From assembly GCA_040752915.1 (NCBI GenBank), contig JBFMHB010000006.1, positions 1,179 to 65,178 of the forward strand: a DNA stretch of 64,000 bases. Reading direction: 5' to 3'. Origin of the DNA: Acidobacteriota bacterium. GTDB lineage: Bacteria; Acidobacteriota; UBA4820; DSQY01. The notes below the pieces were generated by a model that worked only from the letters and a program-made list of their open reading frames with translations, was not told the DNA's origin and searched no databases. A program made the translations under genes and the position numbers. Shown one piece after another: positions 1 through 9,031 of the stretch; the stretch's first letter is position 1, and each line of letters starts with the position of its first letter.

Positions 1-16
1 CACCTTCCTGCGCATC

Positions 17-1552
17 GTGAGTTCTCCTTCGGGCGGGCTGTTGGAAACCCTGCTCGGAGCCGCCCTCGTGAGTCTCCTCTCGGCACTTCTCTTCGGCCTT
101 CTCTGGACCGTCGTGGAGTCCTTTCTCCGCCAGTCCTTCGGCGAGAAACTGCGCTGCGCCGACCTCCTCCTGGACGGCCACATGACCGTCCGGGAAACGG
201 CGAGGGACCTGCTCTGGGCCGGCTCCCTGGGGCTCATCCTCCTGGCCATCCCGTGCCTGATCCACGCGGCCGCCCTCGGCTTGAACTCTCCCTTGATCAC
301 CTTCATGCCCGTGAGCCTCAACTTCTCCAATTTGCGCTTTCCCGGGGGGCTCGTTGGCAACGCCCTCCTGGGCCCTCTGCCTGCCGCCTTTCTCCTCGCC
401 GCGGCCTTCCTCGGCGTGATCTACCCCCTGGTCCGTTCCCGCCTTTCGGGCCTTCCGGCGGGGGCCGTCTTCTCGGCCCTCTTCGCCCTGGCCGTCGAAC
501 CCCTCCTCCCCTACGGCCCTCCGCTCATCGGCTACGGAGCGGCCTTCTTGACGGGCCTCGCCTTCTTCCTGGGGATGGAGTCGAGCGGGATCGTGGCGGC
601 CCTGATCGTTCTGTACCTGCCGGCGGCCTTTTCGAACGTGACCCTGCTCTTGACGGCCCATGCCCCATCGATCCTTGTCCAGGGTTGGGTCGGCGCCGGC
701 CTTCTCGTGGCGGGGGTGGCGGGCCTGGCCTACGTGGCCCTCTTCGGAAGACCCGCGGCGGGGATACGGGCCTACGAGCCGGAGTACCTCATCCGCCTCA
801 GGGAGCGGGAGCGGTTCGCCCGCGAGTTGGAAATCGCCAAGGGCCTGCAGGAGCGCTTCCTCCCGAAGGTGCGCCCCGCCATTCCGGGCTTCTCCCTGGC
901 CACGGCCTGCGTGCCGGCCATGGAAGTGGGCGGGGACTACTTCGATTTCCTTCCCCTTCCCGGAGGGAAGTGGCTCCTGCTCCTCGGGGACATATCGGGC
1001 AAGGGCGTCAAGGCGGCCTTCTACATGACCATGACCAAGGGCCTCCTCCACGCGATCACGCTGAGCGAAAGCGGACACCTCGAGATTCTCCGACGTCTGA
1101 ACCGCCTCTTCCGGTCTCAGTCCGAGCCCGGCATCTTCCTCACGCTCATCGCCGTGATCCTCGACCCGGACTCCCGGGAGGTCCGCCTCGTGTCGGCGGG
1201 TCACAATCCGCCGCTCCTGGTCAGGCCCGGCGAGGCCAGGGTGCTTACCCCGCGCGGGCTCGTGCTGGGCCTCATGCCCGACGAGGCCTTCCTTTCGAGC
1301 CTGAAGGACGTCCGGATGACGATTCGTCCCGGCGAGAAGCTTCTCCTGTACACGGACGGGGTCACCGAAGCCATGAATCGGGATTGCGAAGAGTACGGTC
1401 TGGACAGGCTCCAGGAGCGGGTAGCCGGCCGGGGACACCTGGCGGCCGAGGACATGGTGGGACTGATCCTCGATGATGTGGCCCGCTTCCAGGGCGAGGC
1501 GCGGCAGGCCGACGACTTGACCGTGCTCGTATTGGAATGCCATGAACCGTGA
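17..1552 (+). CDS. Membrane-anchored PP2C-family (SpoIIE/RsbU-like) serine phosphatase
   Basis: 511-aa ORF with a hydrophobic multi-TM N-terminal half. C-terminal half has PP2C/SpoIIE motifs (GDISGKGVKAAFYMTMTKG, LYTDGVTEAMN, ADDLTVLVLE). The putative GTG start sits 16 nt into the window; sequence upstream of the window was not seen. Confidence 0.65.
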   Translation: MSSPSGGLLETLLGAALVSLLSALLFGLLWTVVESFLRQSFGEKLRCADLLLDGHMTVRETARDLLWAGSLGLILLAIPCLIHAAALGLNSPLITFMPVSLNFSNLRFPGGLVGNALLGPLPAAFLLAAAFLGVIYPLVRSRLSGLPAGAVFSALFALAVEPLLPYGPPLIGYGAAFLTGLAFFLGMESSGIVAALIVLYLPAAFSNVTLLLTAHAPSILVQGWVGAGLLVAGVAGLAYVALFGRPAAGIRAYEPEYLIRLRERERFARELEIAKGLQERFLPKVRPAIPGFSLATACVPAMEVGGDYFDFLPLPGGKWLLLLGDISGKGVKAAFYMTMTKGLLHAITLSESGHLEILRRLNRLFRSQSEPGIFLTLIAVILDPDSREVRLVSAGHNPPLLVRPGEARVLTPRGLVLGLMPDEAFLSSLKDVRMTIRPGEKLLLYTDGVTEAMNRDCEEYGLDRLQERVAGRGHLAAEDMVGLILDDVARFQGEARQADDLTVLVLECHEP

Positions 1553-2345
1553 TCGTTGGTTGGAGGTTTTCGAAGCGGTCCGCAAAGGGGCGATGACCCC
1601 GGAGGAGGCCCTTTCTCGGGTCTCCCACCTCCCCTACGAGGACCTGGGGTTCGCCCGCATCGATCACCATCGCCTGCTCCGCCGAGGATTCCCCGAGGCG
1701 ATCTTCGGCGAGGGCAAGACCGCCGGCGAGGTGGCTCGGATCCTCCAGTCCTTTCGAGAGCGGTCGGTCCCGGCCCTCGTGACCCGCCTGGATGGAGCGA
1801 AGGCCCGCGCCGTGAAAAGGGCGGTTCCGGGCTTCGTCTACCATCCGCGTTCGCGGCTCGGGTATCTGGGTCCCGCCCCCGGGGAAGGAGAGGGCTCCGT
1901 CGTGGTGGTTTCGGGGGGGTCGAGCGATGCCCCCGTGGCCGAGGAGGCCTTTCTCACCGCCCGGTATTTGGGAGCGCGGGCCGAACTGCACCCCGACGTG
2001 GGGGTGGCGGGACTTCACCGGGTGACCGCCCTTCTCCCCTCCCTCGGGAAGGCCAGGGCGGTGGTGGCGGTGGCGGGCATGGAAGGTGCGCTCCCTTCCG
2101 TGGTGGCGGGGCTCACGGGCGCCCTCGTCATCGGGGTGCCCACCTCCATCGGGTACGGCGTCCAGGATTCCGGCAAGACTCCCCTCTTTGCCATGCTCGC
2201 GTCCTGCGTGCCGGGTCTCGTGGTGGTCAATGTGGATGCGGGCTTTTCGGCGGGTTACGCCGCGGCGGTCATCAACCGGGCGGAGGAGGCCCCGGCGAAG
2301 CGGAAACCGGTAGCCGGGGGCAAAGCCGCCCGCCGCCCCCGGTGA
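1542..2345 (+). CDS. LarB-like PurE-family protein (AIR-carboxylase fold, nickel-pincer cofactor biosynthesis-like)
   Basis: 267 aa. N-terminal extension (EVFEAVRKGAMTPEEAL...RIDHHRLLRRGFPEAIFGEGKT) followed by a PurE-like G-rich core (VVVVSGGSSDAPVAEEA, AVAGMEGALPSVVAG). 11-nt overlap with the upstream gene. Stop overlaps the next start (TGATG). Confidence 0.55.
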   Translation: MNRDRWLEVFEAVRKGAMTPEEALSRVSHLPYEDLGFARIDHHRLLRRGFPEAIFGEGKTAGEVARILQSFRERSVPALVTRLDGAKARAVKRAVPGFVYHPRSRLGYLGPAPGEGEGSVVVVSGGSSDAPVAEEAFLTARYLGARAELHPDVGVAGLHRVTALLPSLGKARAVVAVAGMEGALPSVVAGLTGALVIGVPTSIGYGVQDSGKTPLFAMLASCVPGLVVVNVDAGFSAGYAAAVINRAEEAPAKRKPVAGGKAARRPR

Positions 2346-3571
2346 TGGACACCACCGTCACTCCCTTCCTTCGGGGCGCGCTCCGGGTGCATCAGCCCGC
2401 CCGGGGGTTTCGCTTCACTGTGGATTCGGTCCTCCTCTCCGGATTCGCCTGGGTCCGGGAGGGGGAGGACGTGCTCGACCTCGGAACGGGCACCGGGATC
2501 CTCCTCCTCCTCCTCGGACACCGCCACCACCCGCGCCGACTGGTGGGGGTGGAGATCGACCTCGAGATGGCCCGCCTGGCCGCCCGGAACTTCGAGGAGA
2601 ACGGGTGGTCCGACCGGTCTTTGGTGGTCAACGGGGACCTCCGGTGTCCAGGAACGTTGACGGGGGGGGCCTTCTCTCTCGTCGTCTCCAATCCGCCCTA
2701 CTTCCCCGTGCGTTCGGGCCGGGCCCACCCCGATCCCGCACGGGCGCGCGCGCGTCAGCAGGGGTCCGCCGACCCCATGGAAATCGTGTCGGCGGCCCGC
2801 CGGAACCTGACACCCCGCGGCCGCTTCTGCCTCTGTTGTCCCTTTTCCGACCTTCCCGCATGGACCTCCGCCCTTCAGGCCGGAGGTCTCCACCCCCGCC
2901 TCGTGAGGGCCGTGCGCCACGGCCCCGGCTCCGAACCCTACCTCGCGCTGGTCCAGGCCGTCCCTGGACCCGTCGCGTGTTTTCACCTTCCCGATCTCGT
3001 GGTCCACCTTCCGGGCGGAGCTTACGGCCCTGAAGCGGCCGCGTGGCTGGGCGACACACCCCCGCCTCCCTGGAGGACCCTGTGCGACGCCATGGTGGGG
3101 AAGCTGGCCCGGTACCTCCGGCTCCTGGGCGTGCCCACCGGCTATGCCCGGGACGCCTCAGACGACTGGCTTCTCGAGGAGGCCCGACGCACGGGGGCGG
3201 TACTTCTGACCCGGGACCGCCCCCTCCTGGCCCGATCCGCCCGACGGGGGGTGCGTGCCCTGGACCCCTCCTCGGACTCCCCCGCGGAACAGCTTCGGAA
3301 CGTGGTCAAGGCCCTTGGCCCGCTTCCGGAAAACTCCCCGCCGCTGTGCCTGGACTGCGGCGCTCCGATGCTCGACGTGGATCGCAGGGAGGTCCTGGGC
3401 CGGGTGCCGCCCTACACTTTTTTGACCCATCGCCGGTTCTCGTGCTGCGCCTGCTGTGGCAAACTCACCTGGGAGGGGTCCCACCTGGAACGGTTCCGGC
3501 GGGACGTGTTGGGGGGCGAACCCGGAGGGGCCGGGATCCGCCCGCCGCCCCGCCCTTTCGACCGGGAGTGA
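2345..3571 (+). CDS. Fusion protein: TrmN6/YfiC-like small-domain N6-adenine methyltransferase (N-terminal) plus Mut7-C RNase domain (C-terminal)
   Basis: ATG at 2345 overlaps the larB-like stop. Residues 1-249: GFRFTVDSVLLSGFA, DLGTGTGILLL, SNPPYF (TrmN6-type motifs). From the in-frame M at 3092: MVGKLARYLRLLGVPTGY...LLTRD...CLDCG...CCACCG (Mut7-C/PF01927-like with zinc ribbon). No stop codon lies between the two domains. Confidence 0.55.
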   Translation: MDTTVTPFLRGALRVHQPARGFRFTVDSVLLSGFAWVREGEDVLDLGTGTGILLLLLGHRHHPRRLVGVEIDLEMARLAARNFEENGWSDRSLVVNGDLRCPGTLTGGAFSLVVSNPPYFPVRSGRAHPDPARARARQQGSADPMEIVSAARRNLTPRGRFCLCCPFSDLPAWTSALQAGGLHPRLVRAVRHGPGSEPYLALVQAVPGPVACFHLPDLVVHLPGGAYGPEAAAWLGDTPPPPWRTLCDAMVGKLARYLRLLGVPTGYARDASDDWLLEEARRTGAVLLTRDRPLLARSARRGVRALDPSSDSPAEQLRNVVKALGPLPENSPPLCLDCGAPMLDVDRREVLGRVPPYTFLTHRRFSCCACCGKLTWEGSHLERFRRDVLGGEPGGAGIRPPPRPFDRE

Positions 3572-3574
3572 TGC

Positions 3575-4120
3575 ATGGCCCATCGTGAACGGCTCAAGGA
3601 ACTTCTCAAGACGAAGTCCCTGAAAATCGGGGACTTTCTCCTCGCCTCGGGTCGACGCAGCAAGTACTACTTCGACTCCAAGCTGACGACCCTGACCAGT
3701 GAAGGGGCCCGCGTCACGGCCACCTGCTTTCTGGAGGTGATCGCCCGTGAGGGGATCCGGGCCGAAGCCATCGGGGGAATGACCCTGGGCGCCGATCCCA
3801 TCGTGGCGGCCGTGGCGGCCCTGTCCCACGGCGGTCCGACTCCGCTCGACGCCTTCATCGTGCGGAAGGAGCCCAAGGGCCACGGCACCATGCAGTGGAT
3901 CGAGGGGCCCGTGAAACCCGGCCAGCGGGTCATCATCGTGGACGACGTGGTGACCACCGGAGGGTCCACGCTCAAGGCCATTGAAAAGGCTCAAGAATTC
4001 GGTCTGGAGGTGGTGGCCGTCATGGCCCTCCTGGATCGCGAGGAGGGAGGCACGGAGGCCCTGGCCGCCCGGTTCCCCTTCTTTCCCGTCACGAGGCGCA
4101 CCGAGATCTTCGGAGAGTAG
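3575..4120 (+). CDS. pyrE: Orotate phosphoribosyltransferase-like type I PRTase
   Basis: 181 aa. PRPP-binding motif VIIVDDVVTTGGS and N-terminal KIGDFLLASGRRSKYYFD, typical of PyrE. Starts 4 nt after the upstream stop. Confidence 0.7.
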   Translation: MAHRERLKELLKTKSLKIGDFLLASGRRSKYYFDSKLTTLTSEGARVTATCFLEVIAREGIRAEAIGGMTLGADPIVAAVAALSHGGPTPLDAFIVRKEPKGHGTMQWIEGPVKPGQRVIIVDDVVTTGGSTLKAIEKAQEFGLEVVAVMALLDREEGGTEALAARFPFFPVTRRTEIFGE

Positions 4121-4172
4121 GGGCGGAAACAGACCGGAAGGACGGCGGCGAGGAAATCGCCGGCGGAAGGCT

Positions 4173-4985
4173 TCAAACGGCCATCACTCCGACTTCTTTT
4201 CCGCGGCCTTCGATTCCCAGCATCGCGGCGGCGGACCGCTGGGACGCGGCCACCTCGAGGAGGCCCGAGGACCCCACGAGGGCGAATAGCGGGGCCTCCT
4301 GCGAGTAGCCTCCGGAGTCCACGAGGGGCACCTCCTGGCCCGCCACGAGGACCTTGAACCTCGTCCGTCCCGAGACGGAGGCCAATTCGGCCAGGGTCTC
4401 GGCCCGCACGTTGGTCAGGAGGTTCCCAAAGCGGTCCACGCCGCAGACTTCCCCCTTCACGAGGGATTCGCCCACCCGCCGGTCCACCGGCACGGGGAGA
4501 CGGACGAAATCGTCCACCGGGTCCCCGAAGCGGGAGGAGTCGATCCCCTTGGAGAGCCATCCGGCAATGGGCGCGAAGACGTCCCGGCCGTGGAAGGTCT
4601 GGCCGATCTTTTTCCGGAAGTAGTGGTCCGCGGTGATGTGGACCACCTTGAAGGCCGCTTCGAACTGGTAGACGAAGGAGAAGATCCCGTTGTCCGGGCC
4701 GATGAAATAGCGGTCATCCGTGACCACGAGAATCGGTCTCCGGGAGGTGCCCACCCCGGGATCCACGACGCAGAGGTGGATCGTCCAGGGAGGGAAATCT
4801 CGATAGGACCTGTAGAGGGTGAACGCCCCGGAGAAGATATCGTGGGGCGGCACCTCGTGGCAGAGGTCCACGATCCGGAAGGCCGGCTGGATGGACCACA
4901 AAACCCCTTTGAGGGAGCCAACCCAGGGGTCCTGCAAACCGAAGTCCGTCAGGAGGGTGACGATCGGAGCACTTTCGGCCGCCAT
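4173..4985 (-). CDS. SAM hydroxide adenosyltransferase family protein (DUF62)
   Basis: 270 aa. N-terminal LLTDFGLQDPWVGSLKGV and VVDPGVGT motifs characteristic of the DUF62 / fluorinase-like SAM hydrolase family. Confidence 0.65.
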   Translation of the reverse strand: MAAESAPIVTLLTDFGLQDPWVGSLKGVLWSIQPAFRIVDLCHEVPPHDIFSGAFTLYRSYRDFPPWTIHLCVVDPGVGTSRRPILVVTDDRYFIGPDNGIFSFVYQFEAAFKVVHITADHYFRKKIGQTFHGRDVFAPIAGWLSKGIDSSRFGDPVDDFVRLPVPVDRRVGESLVKGEVCGVDRFGNLLTNVRAETLAELASVSGRTRFKVLVAGQEVPLVDSGGYSQEAPLFALVGSSGLLEVAASQRSAAAMLGIEGRGKEVGVMAV

Positions 4986-4995
4986 GGCCCCCCCT

Positions 4996-5145
4996 TCACC
5001 GGATACGGCGCCACCGGGCGAACAGGTAGGCTCCGTACAGGATCAGCACGGCCGCCACGGCCCCGTACCCCAAGTACAGGCTTCCCCGCGTGTCCGGCGT
5101 TCCCGCGGCCCCAAGCGAGAGGAGCAACACCTTCTGGACGATCAC
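4996..5145 (-). CDS. ccmD: Candidate heme exporter protein CcmD (small single-TM protein)
   Basis: 49 codons from a GTG that overlaps the ccmC stop (GTGA). GGAGG lies 7 nt upstream. One hydrophobic helix (LYLGYGAVAAVLILYGAYLF) followed by RWRRIR. Position immediately after ccmC fits ccmABCD order. Not in the ORF track as a separate call; it is the C-terminal part of track ORF 4996..5547. Confidence 0.4.
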   Translation of the reverse strand: MIVQKVLLLSLGAAGTPDTRGSLYLGYGAVAAVLILYGAYLFARWRRIR

Positions 5146-5801
5146 GCCCATTCCTCCTTTTCGGCCCTCAACGCCTCCGCCCGCTGGATGTCGAAACGGG
5201 TGAGGAAGAGGGCCGCCGCCAGGAGAAAGACCGAGGCCAATCCGGCGAAAAAGGTCCAACGCATGGCCGGCTCCAGTACGACCTTGCGGGGATGGACGAT
5301 GGAGCCCCACCAGCTGATGGCCTTGTGCACGATCGGCACGTCGAAGAACGCGACGATGGCCACCACGGCCGCGATCTTGGCCGCGCGGGCATCCCCTCGG
5401 CTGAAGAGGCGGAGCAGGAAGTAGGCGCTGTAGGTGAGCCAGAGAATCAAGAACGAGGTGAGGCGAGGCTCCCACACCCACCACTTCCCCCAGGCCGAGT
5501 GACCCCAGATGGGGCCCGTCACCAGGACCAGGGTGATGAAGACCCACCCCACTTCCGCGGCCGAGTGGGCCAGGTGGTCATACAGCGGCTCCTCCCTCCA
5601 CAGGTAGAGGGCGCTGAAGAGGAAGGCGAGGAACAGGAGGACGTAGCAGGCGATGGCCGAGGGAACGTGGTAATAGAAGATTTTTTGAACCGCCCCCATC
5701 TGTACTTCCACCGGGGCGTAAAGAAACACCATGTAGAGGGCCGCCGAATTGGCGGCCAGGGCAAGGGACCACAATAGGATGCTCCAGCGTCGATGGGGCA
5801 C
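5142..5801 (-). CDS. ccmC: Heme exporter protein C (cytochrome c maturation, System I)
   Basis: W-rich motif WGHSAWGKWWVWEPRLTSF and YHVPSAIA. Likely GTG start at 5801 with GGAGG 9 nt upstream, placed just after the ccmB stop. The track ORF extends to 5864 but would overlap ccmB by 59 nt. Confidence 0.8.
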   Translation of the reverse strand: MPHRRWSILLWSLALAANSAALYMVFLYAPVEVQMGAVQKIFYYHVPSAIACYVLLFLAFLFSALYLWREEPLYDHLAHSAAEVGWVFITLVLVTGPIWGHSAWGKWWVWEPRLTSFLILWLTYSAYFLLRLFSRGDARAAKIAAVVAIVAFFDVPIVHKAISWWGSIVHPRKVVLEPAMRWTFFAGLASVFLLAAALFLTRFDIQRAEALRAEKEEWA

Positions 5802-5805
5802 GCGC

Positions 5806-6480
5806 TCACTCCTCCACGGCGAACTCGAACAGGAAGACGGATGCCGTGAAAAAAAGGATATCAAAGAGCCCCACGAGCCTCAACCACTGGTTCCCCCAGG
5901 AAAAGCCGGGGGAAAGCGCCTGCTCCGTCAAGGTCGCCGCCGCGATGACCAGGGGAACGAGGATGGGGAAGAGGAGGATGGGGAAGATCACGTGCCCTCC
6001 CCGGACCTGGGCCAGGAGGGCGGAGAACAAGGTGCCCACGGCCGCGTAGCCGAAGGTCACCAGGGCCCAGACGGCGCCCAGAGCCGGCAGGCCGTCGGAT
6101 ACCCGGAAGTCGAGAAGAAGGTAGGCGAAGAGGAGGAGGAGGGCCTCGAGGGCCAGGAGGAAGAGAAAGTTGAGCAGGAACTTGCCGACGTACAGAGCCC
6201 CACGGTCGCAGGGGCTGAGAAGGAGGGCGTAGAGCGTCCCGTTTTCCGTCTCCTTCCGGAAGGACCCGCTCATGAAGAGGCTGCCGGCGAAGAGGACCAC
6301 CAGCCAGAGAAGCCCGCTTCCCGTCTCGTTGAGGTCCACCCGCGTCGGGTCCAGGGCGAACGCGAAAAGAACGAGCGACAGGAGTGCGAAAAGGAAGGAG
6401 GCCGCCACATCCTCCTTCCGCCGGAGCTCCTCTCGGAAGTCCTTCAAAAAGAGGACAGCCACCACCTTGATGAACCTCAC
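5806..6480 (-). CDS. ccmB: Heme exporter permease CcmB
   Basis: 224-aa polytopic membrane protein. N-terminus (LKDFREELRRKEDVAASFLFALL) and conserved FSRE-like region typical of CcmB. 4-nt overlap with ccmA. Confidence 0.75.
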   Translation of the reverse strand: MRFIKVVAVLFLKDFREELRRKEDVAASFLFALLSLVLFAFALDPTRVDLNETGSGLLWLVVLFAGSLFMSGSFRKETENGTLYALLLSPCDRGALYVGKFLLNFLFLLALEALLLLFAYLLLDFRVSDGLPALGAVWALVTFGYAAVGTLFSALLAQVRGGHVIFPILLFPILVPLVIAAATLTEQALSPGFSWGNQWLRLVGLFDILFFTASVFLFEFAVEE

Positions 6481-7205
6481 GAGGGGCCTCCCTCGCCCGT
6501 GGTTTCGAAATAACGCGCCTTCAACCCCTCGACGGTGAGGCCTTCGGCGGGCCCCTCCCAGGCCACCGCCCCCCTGTGCAGGATGACCACCCGGTCCGCA
6601 ATGGGAAGACAGTCTTCCATCTCGTGCGTGACGAGAAGCAGGGCCCGGTGCCGGGCCTTCAGGGAGGCCATCAATCCCGTCAGCCTGCGACTGCCTTCGG
6701 GGTCCAGGCCCGCGTACGGCTCGTCCAGGATCAGGAGGGAAGGATCCGGCAGGAGGACCCGGGCCAGGGACAGGCGCTGCTGCATCCCGCGCGAGAAGGT
6801 GCCCACCACCCGGTCCTTGACCCCGGCCAGACCCACTTCCTCCAGAAGAGCCGCCGCTCGGGAGGCGGGATCAGGGACACCGTAGAGCCGCGCGAAAAAG
6901 AGCAGGTTCTCCTCGGCCGTGAGGTGGGCGTAAAGGAAGGTCTGGTGGGAGATGTACCCCAGTTCGGCCCGGAGCCGGACGCGGGTGCTCTCGGTCGTGC
7001 GCGATCCCCGAAAGGTCAGGACGCCCCGGCCCGGCCTGGAAAGGGTGGTGAGAATTCTCGTGAGGGTGGTCTTTCCTGCCCCGTTGGGTCCCAGGAGAAG
7101 GGTGAGCTGGCCCGGAAGGAGGTTCAGGTTCACCTCCCGCAGGACGGCCCGTCCCGAGAGGCGCTTCGACAATCCCGAAACGGACAGCAGGGGGTCGCCG
7201 CTCAT
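6477..7205 (-). CDS. ccmA: Heme exporter ABC ATPase CcmA
   Basis: Walker A LLGPNGAGKTTL, ABC signature FSRGMQQRLSLA, Walker B LLILDEP. Confidence 0.8.
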   Translation of the reverse strand: MSGDPLLSVSGLSKRLSGRAVLREVNLNLLPGQLTLLLGPNGAGKTTLTRILTTLSRPGRGVLTFRGSRTTESTRVRLRAELGYISHQTFLYAHLTAEENLLFFARLYGVPDPASRAAALLEEVGLAGVKDRVVGTFSRGMQQRLSLARVLLPDPSLLILDEPYAGLDPEGSRRLTGLMASLKARHRALLLVTHEMEDCLPIADRVVILHRGAVAWEGPAEGLTVEGLKARYFETTGEGGPS

Positions 7206-7281
7206 CTTCGTCCCATTCTAGAGGCGGTCCAGGACCGGGTCAAACCGGGAGAACGCGGGACGACGGGTTTATAATCGCTTC

Positions 7282-8979
7282 ATGAGGCCGAACCCTTTGA
7301 GTGCCGTGGACCCAGCTACCCCCTTGGGAGAGTGGCTGGTTTCCCTGCCCGCCTTGCCGACGGCGCCGGCCGACACCTGGAAGAGGGTGGAGGCGACGAC
7401 GGCGGACCTCCTGGAGGAACTGAGAAATCCACGCCTGGAGGGGGCTTTTCCGGAAGGCGCGTTTCGATACGCCTGCCTTCTCTACGAACGGGGAGATGAA
7501 ACGGGGGCCGAGGAGGTCTTCGAGGCCCTGGATGAACACCCGGCCCTTGGCCCTCGCCGAGAAGCCCGCGCGTACTGCGCCATCTGGCTGGCGCGCACCC
7601 ACGCGGAGGCGGACGAGCTGGAGGAGGCCCTCGAACGGCTTCGGGTGGCCAGAGCGCGGTGCAAGACCCTCCCCGCGTCCCATCCGGCGCAGGGGGCATG
7701 GGCGGCCGCCCACGCTGCCCTCCAGGCGTGCCGAGGGAGGTTCGACCAAGCCGCCCGAGCCTATGGGCACAGCCTCTCCCTGGGCACCCCGGATGCGGAC
7801 CTCACGATGGCCTGGGACCGCTCCACGGCGGGGGAACTGGCGGCCTTGCGACGCATCGGCCTGGCGGACGCGATCCTCCAGGAGGCGCGCGAAGGAGGAA
7901 CGATCGGCAGCGACCTGGACCGCGCCGAGCGCGAAATCCGGACGGCGCAGGCGCTCTCGACTTCGCTCCAGGTGCGCCTGCGCTGCCAGCTCAGCCTGGC
8001 CGAACTCGCCCTCGAGCGAGGCCGCCTCGACTCCGCCTCCACCCTGGCCCTCGGCATCCTGGGCCTCCTCCGCGACCCGGGGTTTTCCGTCCATCTCTCC
8101 AGAGGGTTCCTTCCCGAAGCCCACTGGCTCCTCGCACGAATCGAGATGGCCCGCGGGGACCATGCCGGGGCCCTCGACCATCTGAAGAGGTCCTTCGCCG
8201 CCCTCCGGTATTGGCGGAAGACCGCCTCCAAGCGCCGTCTCGTGGAAGACCTGGTGCGCATGCTCGGCCACCTCCACACCCAGCGCCACGGGGGGTTCCA
8301 GGAACAGTCCATCCTGGACGACCTGGATCGGGAGGGGTCCTGGATCCTGTCGCTGGCGGAACAATCGGAGGCGAGGGATCGCTACCTCCTGCCCGGGCAC
8401 TCCCGACACGTGGAGACCCTCTGCCGCGCCCTCCTCGAAACCATCGGTGGACGCAGCATTCGCCAGCCCTTCGAGCCGGGAGAGGTGGTCTCGGGCCCGC
8501 TCCGCAGCGCGGCGCTCTTGCATGACATCGGCAAGCTCAGAATCTCCTGGTCCCTCCTTTGCCGGCATCGTCCCCCCCTGCCAAGACACATAGCCCGTCT
8601 CGCGCGCCACGTTCAGGAGGGGGTCCGCCTCGCGGAGATGTTGGGGCTTCCCTGGACGGCGAGGATCCTGGAGGAGCACCACGAACGTCTGGGTGGGGGG
8701 GGCTATCCCCTGGGCGCCCGCGGGTTTTCTCCCATGGGATCCCTCCTGGCCCTCTCGGAGGCGGTGGTTTCGGCCGCCTCCCCATCCCTCCGAGAACCCA
8801 GCCCACCCTCCCTCGACGAGACGGTCCGGTCCATCCTGTCCGACCCGGAGCCGGGGTTCCCGCCCTGGACCCTGGACGCCCTCCGGGTGGCCGCCTCCCG
8901 AGGCGCCCTCCACCCGCTGGGCGAAGCGCTGAGCCCGGCCCGCGTCTCGCGCCCCCCCTTTCCAGGCGCAAGAGCTTGA
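7282..8979 (+). CDS. HD-GYP domain protein with N-terminal helical/TPR-like region (putative c-di-GMP phosphodiesterase)
   Basis: C-terminal LLHDIGKL ... EEHHERLGGGGYPLG (HD ... HHE..G.GYP). The GYP motif is variant (GGGGYP). TATAAT lies 6 nt upstream of the ATG. Confidence 0.6.
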   Translation: MRPNPLSAVDPATPLGEWLVSLPALPTAPADTWKRVEATTADLLEELRNPRLEGAFPEGAFRYACLLYERGDETGAEEVFEALDEHPALGPRREARAYCAIWLARTHAEADELEEALERLRVARARCKTLPASHPAQGAWAAAHAALQACRGRFDQAARAYGHSLSLGTPDADLTMAWDRSTAGELAALRRIGLADAILQEAREGGTIGSDLDRAEREIRTAQALSTSLQVRLRCQLSLAELALERGRLDSASTLALGILGLLRDPGFSVHLSRGFLPEAHWLLARIEMARGDHAGALDHLKRSFAALRYWRKTASKRRLVEDLVRMLGHLHTQRHGGFQEQSILDDLDREGSWILSLAEQSEARDRYLLPGHSRHVETLCRALLETIGGRSIRQPFEPGEVVSGPLRSAALLHDIGKLRISWSLLCRHRPPLPRHIARLARHVQEGVRLAEMLGLPWTARILEEHHERLGGGGYPLGARGFSPMGSLLALSEAVVSAASPSLREPSPPSLDETVRSILSDPEPGFPPWTLDALRVAASRGALHPLGEALSPARVSRPPFPGARA

Positions 8980-9004
8980 CAGGACAAGGGGTTAGGTTTA
9001 ATAT
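8976..9004 (+). promoter_or_regulatory. Sigma-70-type promoter for the rplU-rpmA-obg operon
   Basis: TTGACA (8976-8981), 17-nt spacer, TAATAT (8999-9004). GGAGG RBS at 9022-9026 before the ATG at 9032. Confidence 0.55.
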
Positions 9005-9031
9005 ACGAGTTCGGTCGATCCGGAGGTGCGG

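Noticed and set aside
1556-2344. N-terminal 263-aa extension of track ORF 1556-3571
   Set aside because: It overlaps the larB-like gene in another frame and is Gly/Arg/Pro-rich. The methyltransferase motifs begin only after the ATG at 2345, which overlaps the larB stop.
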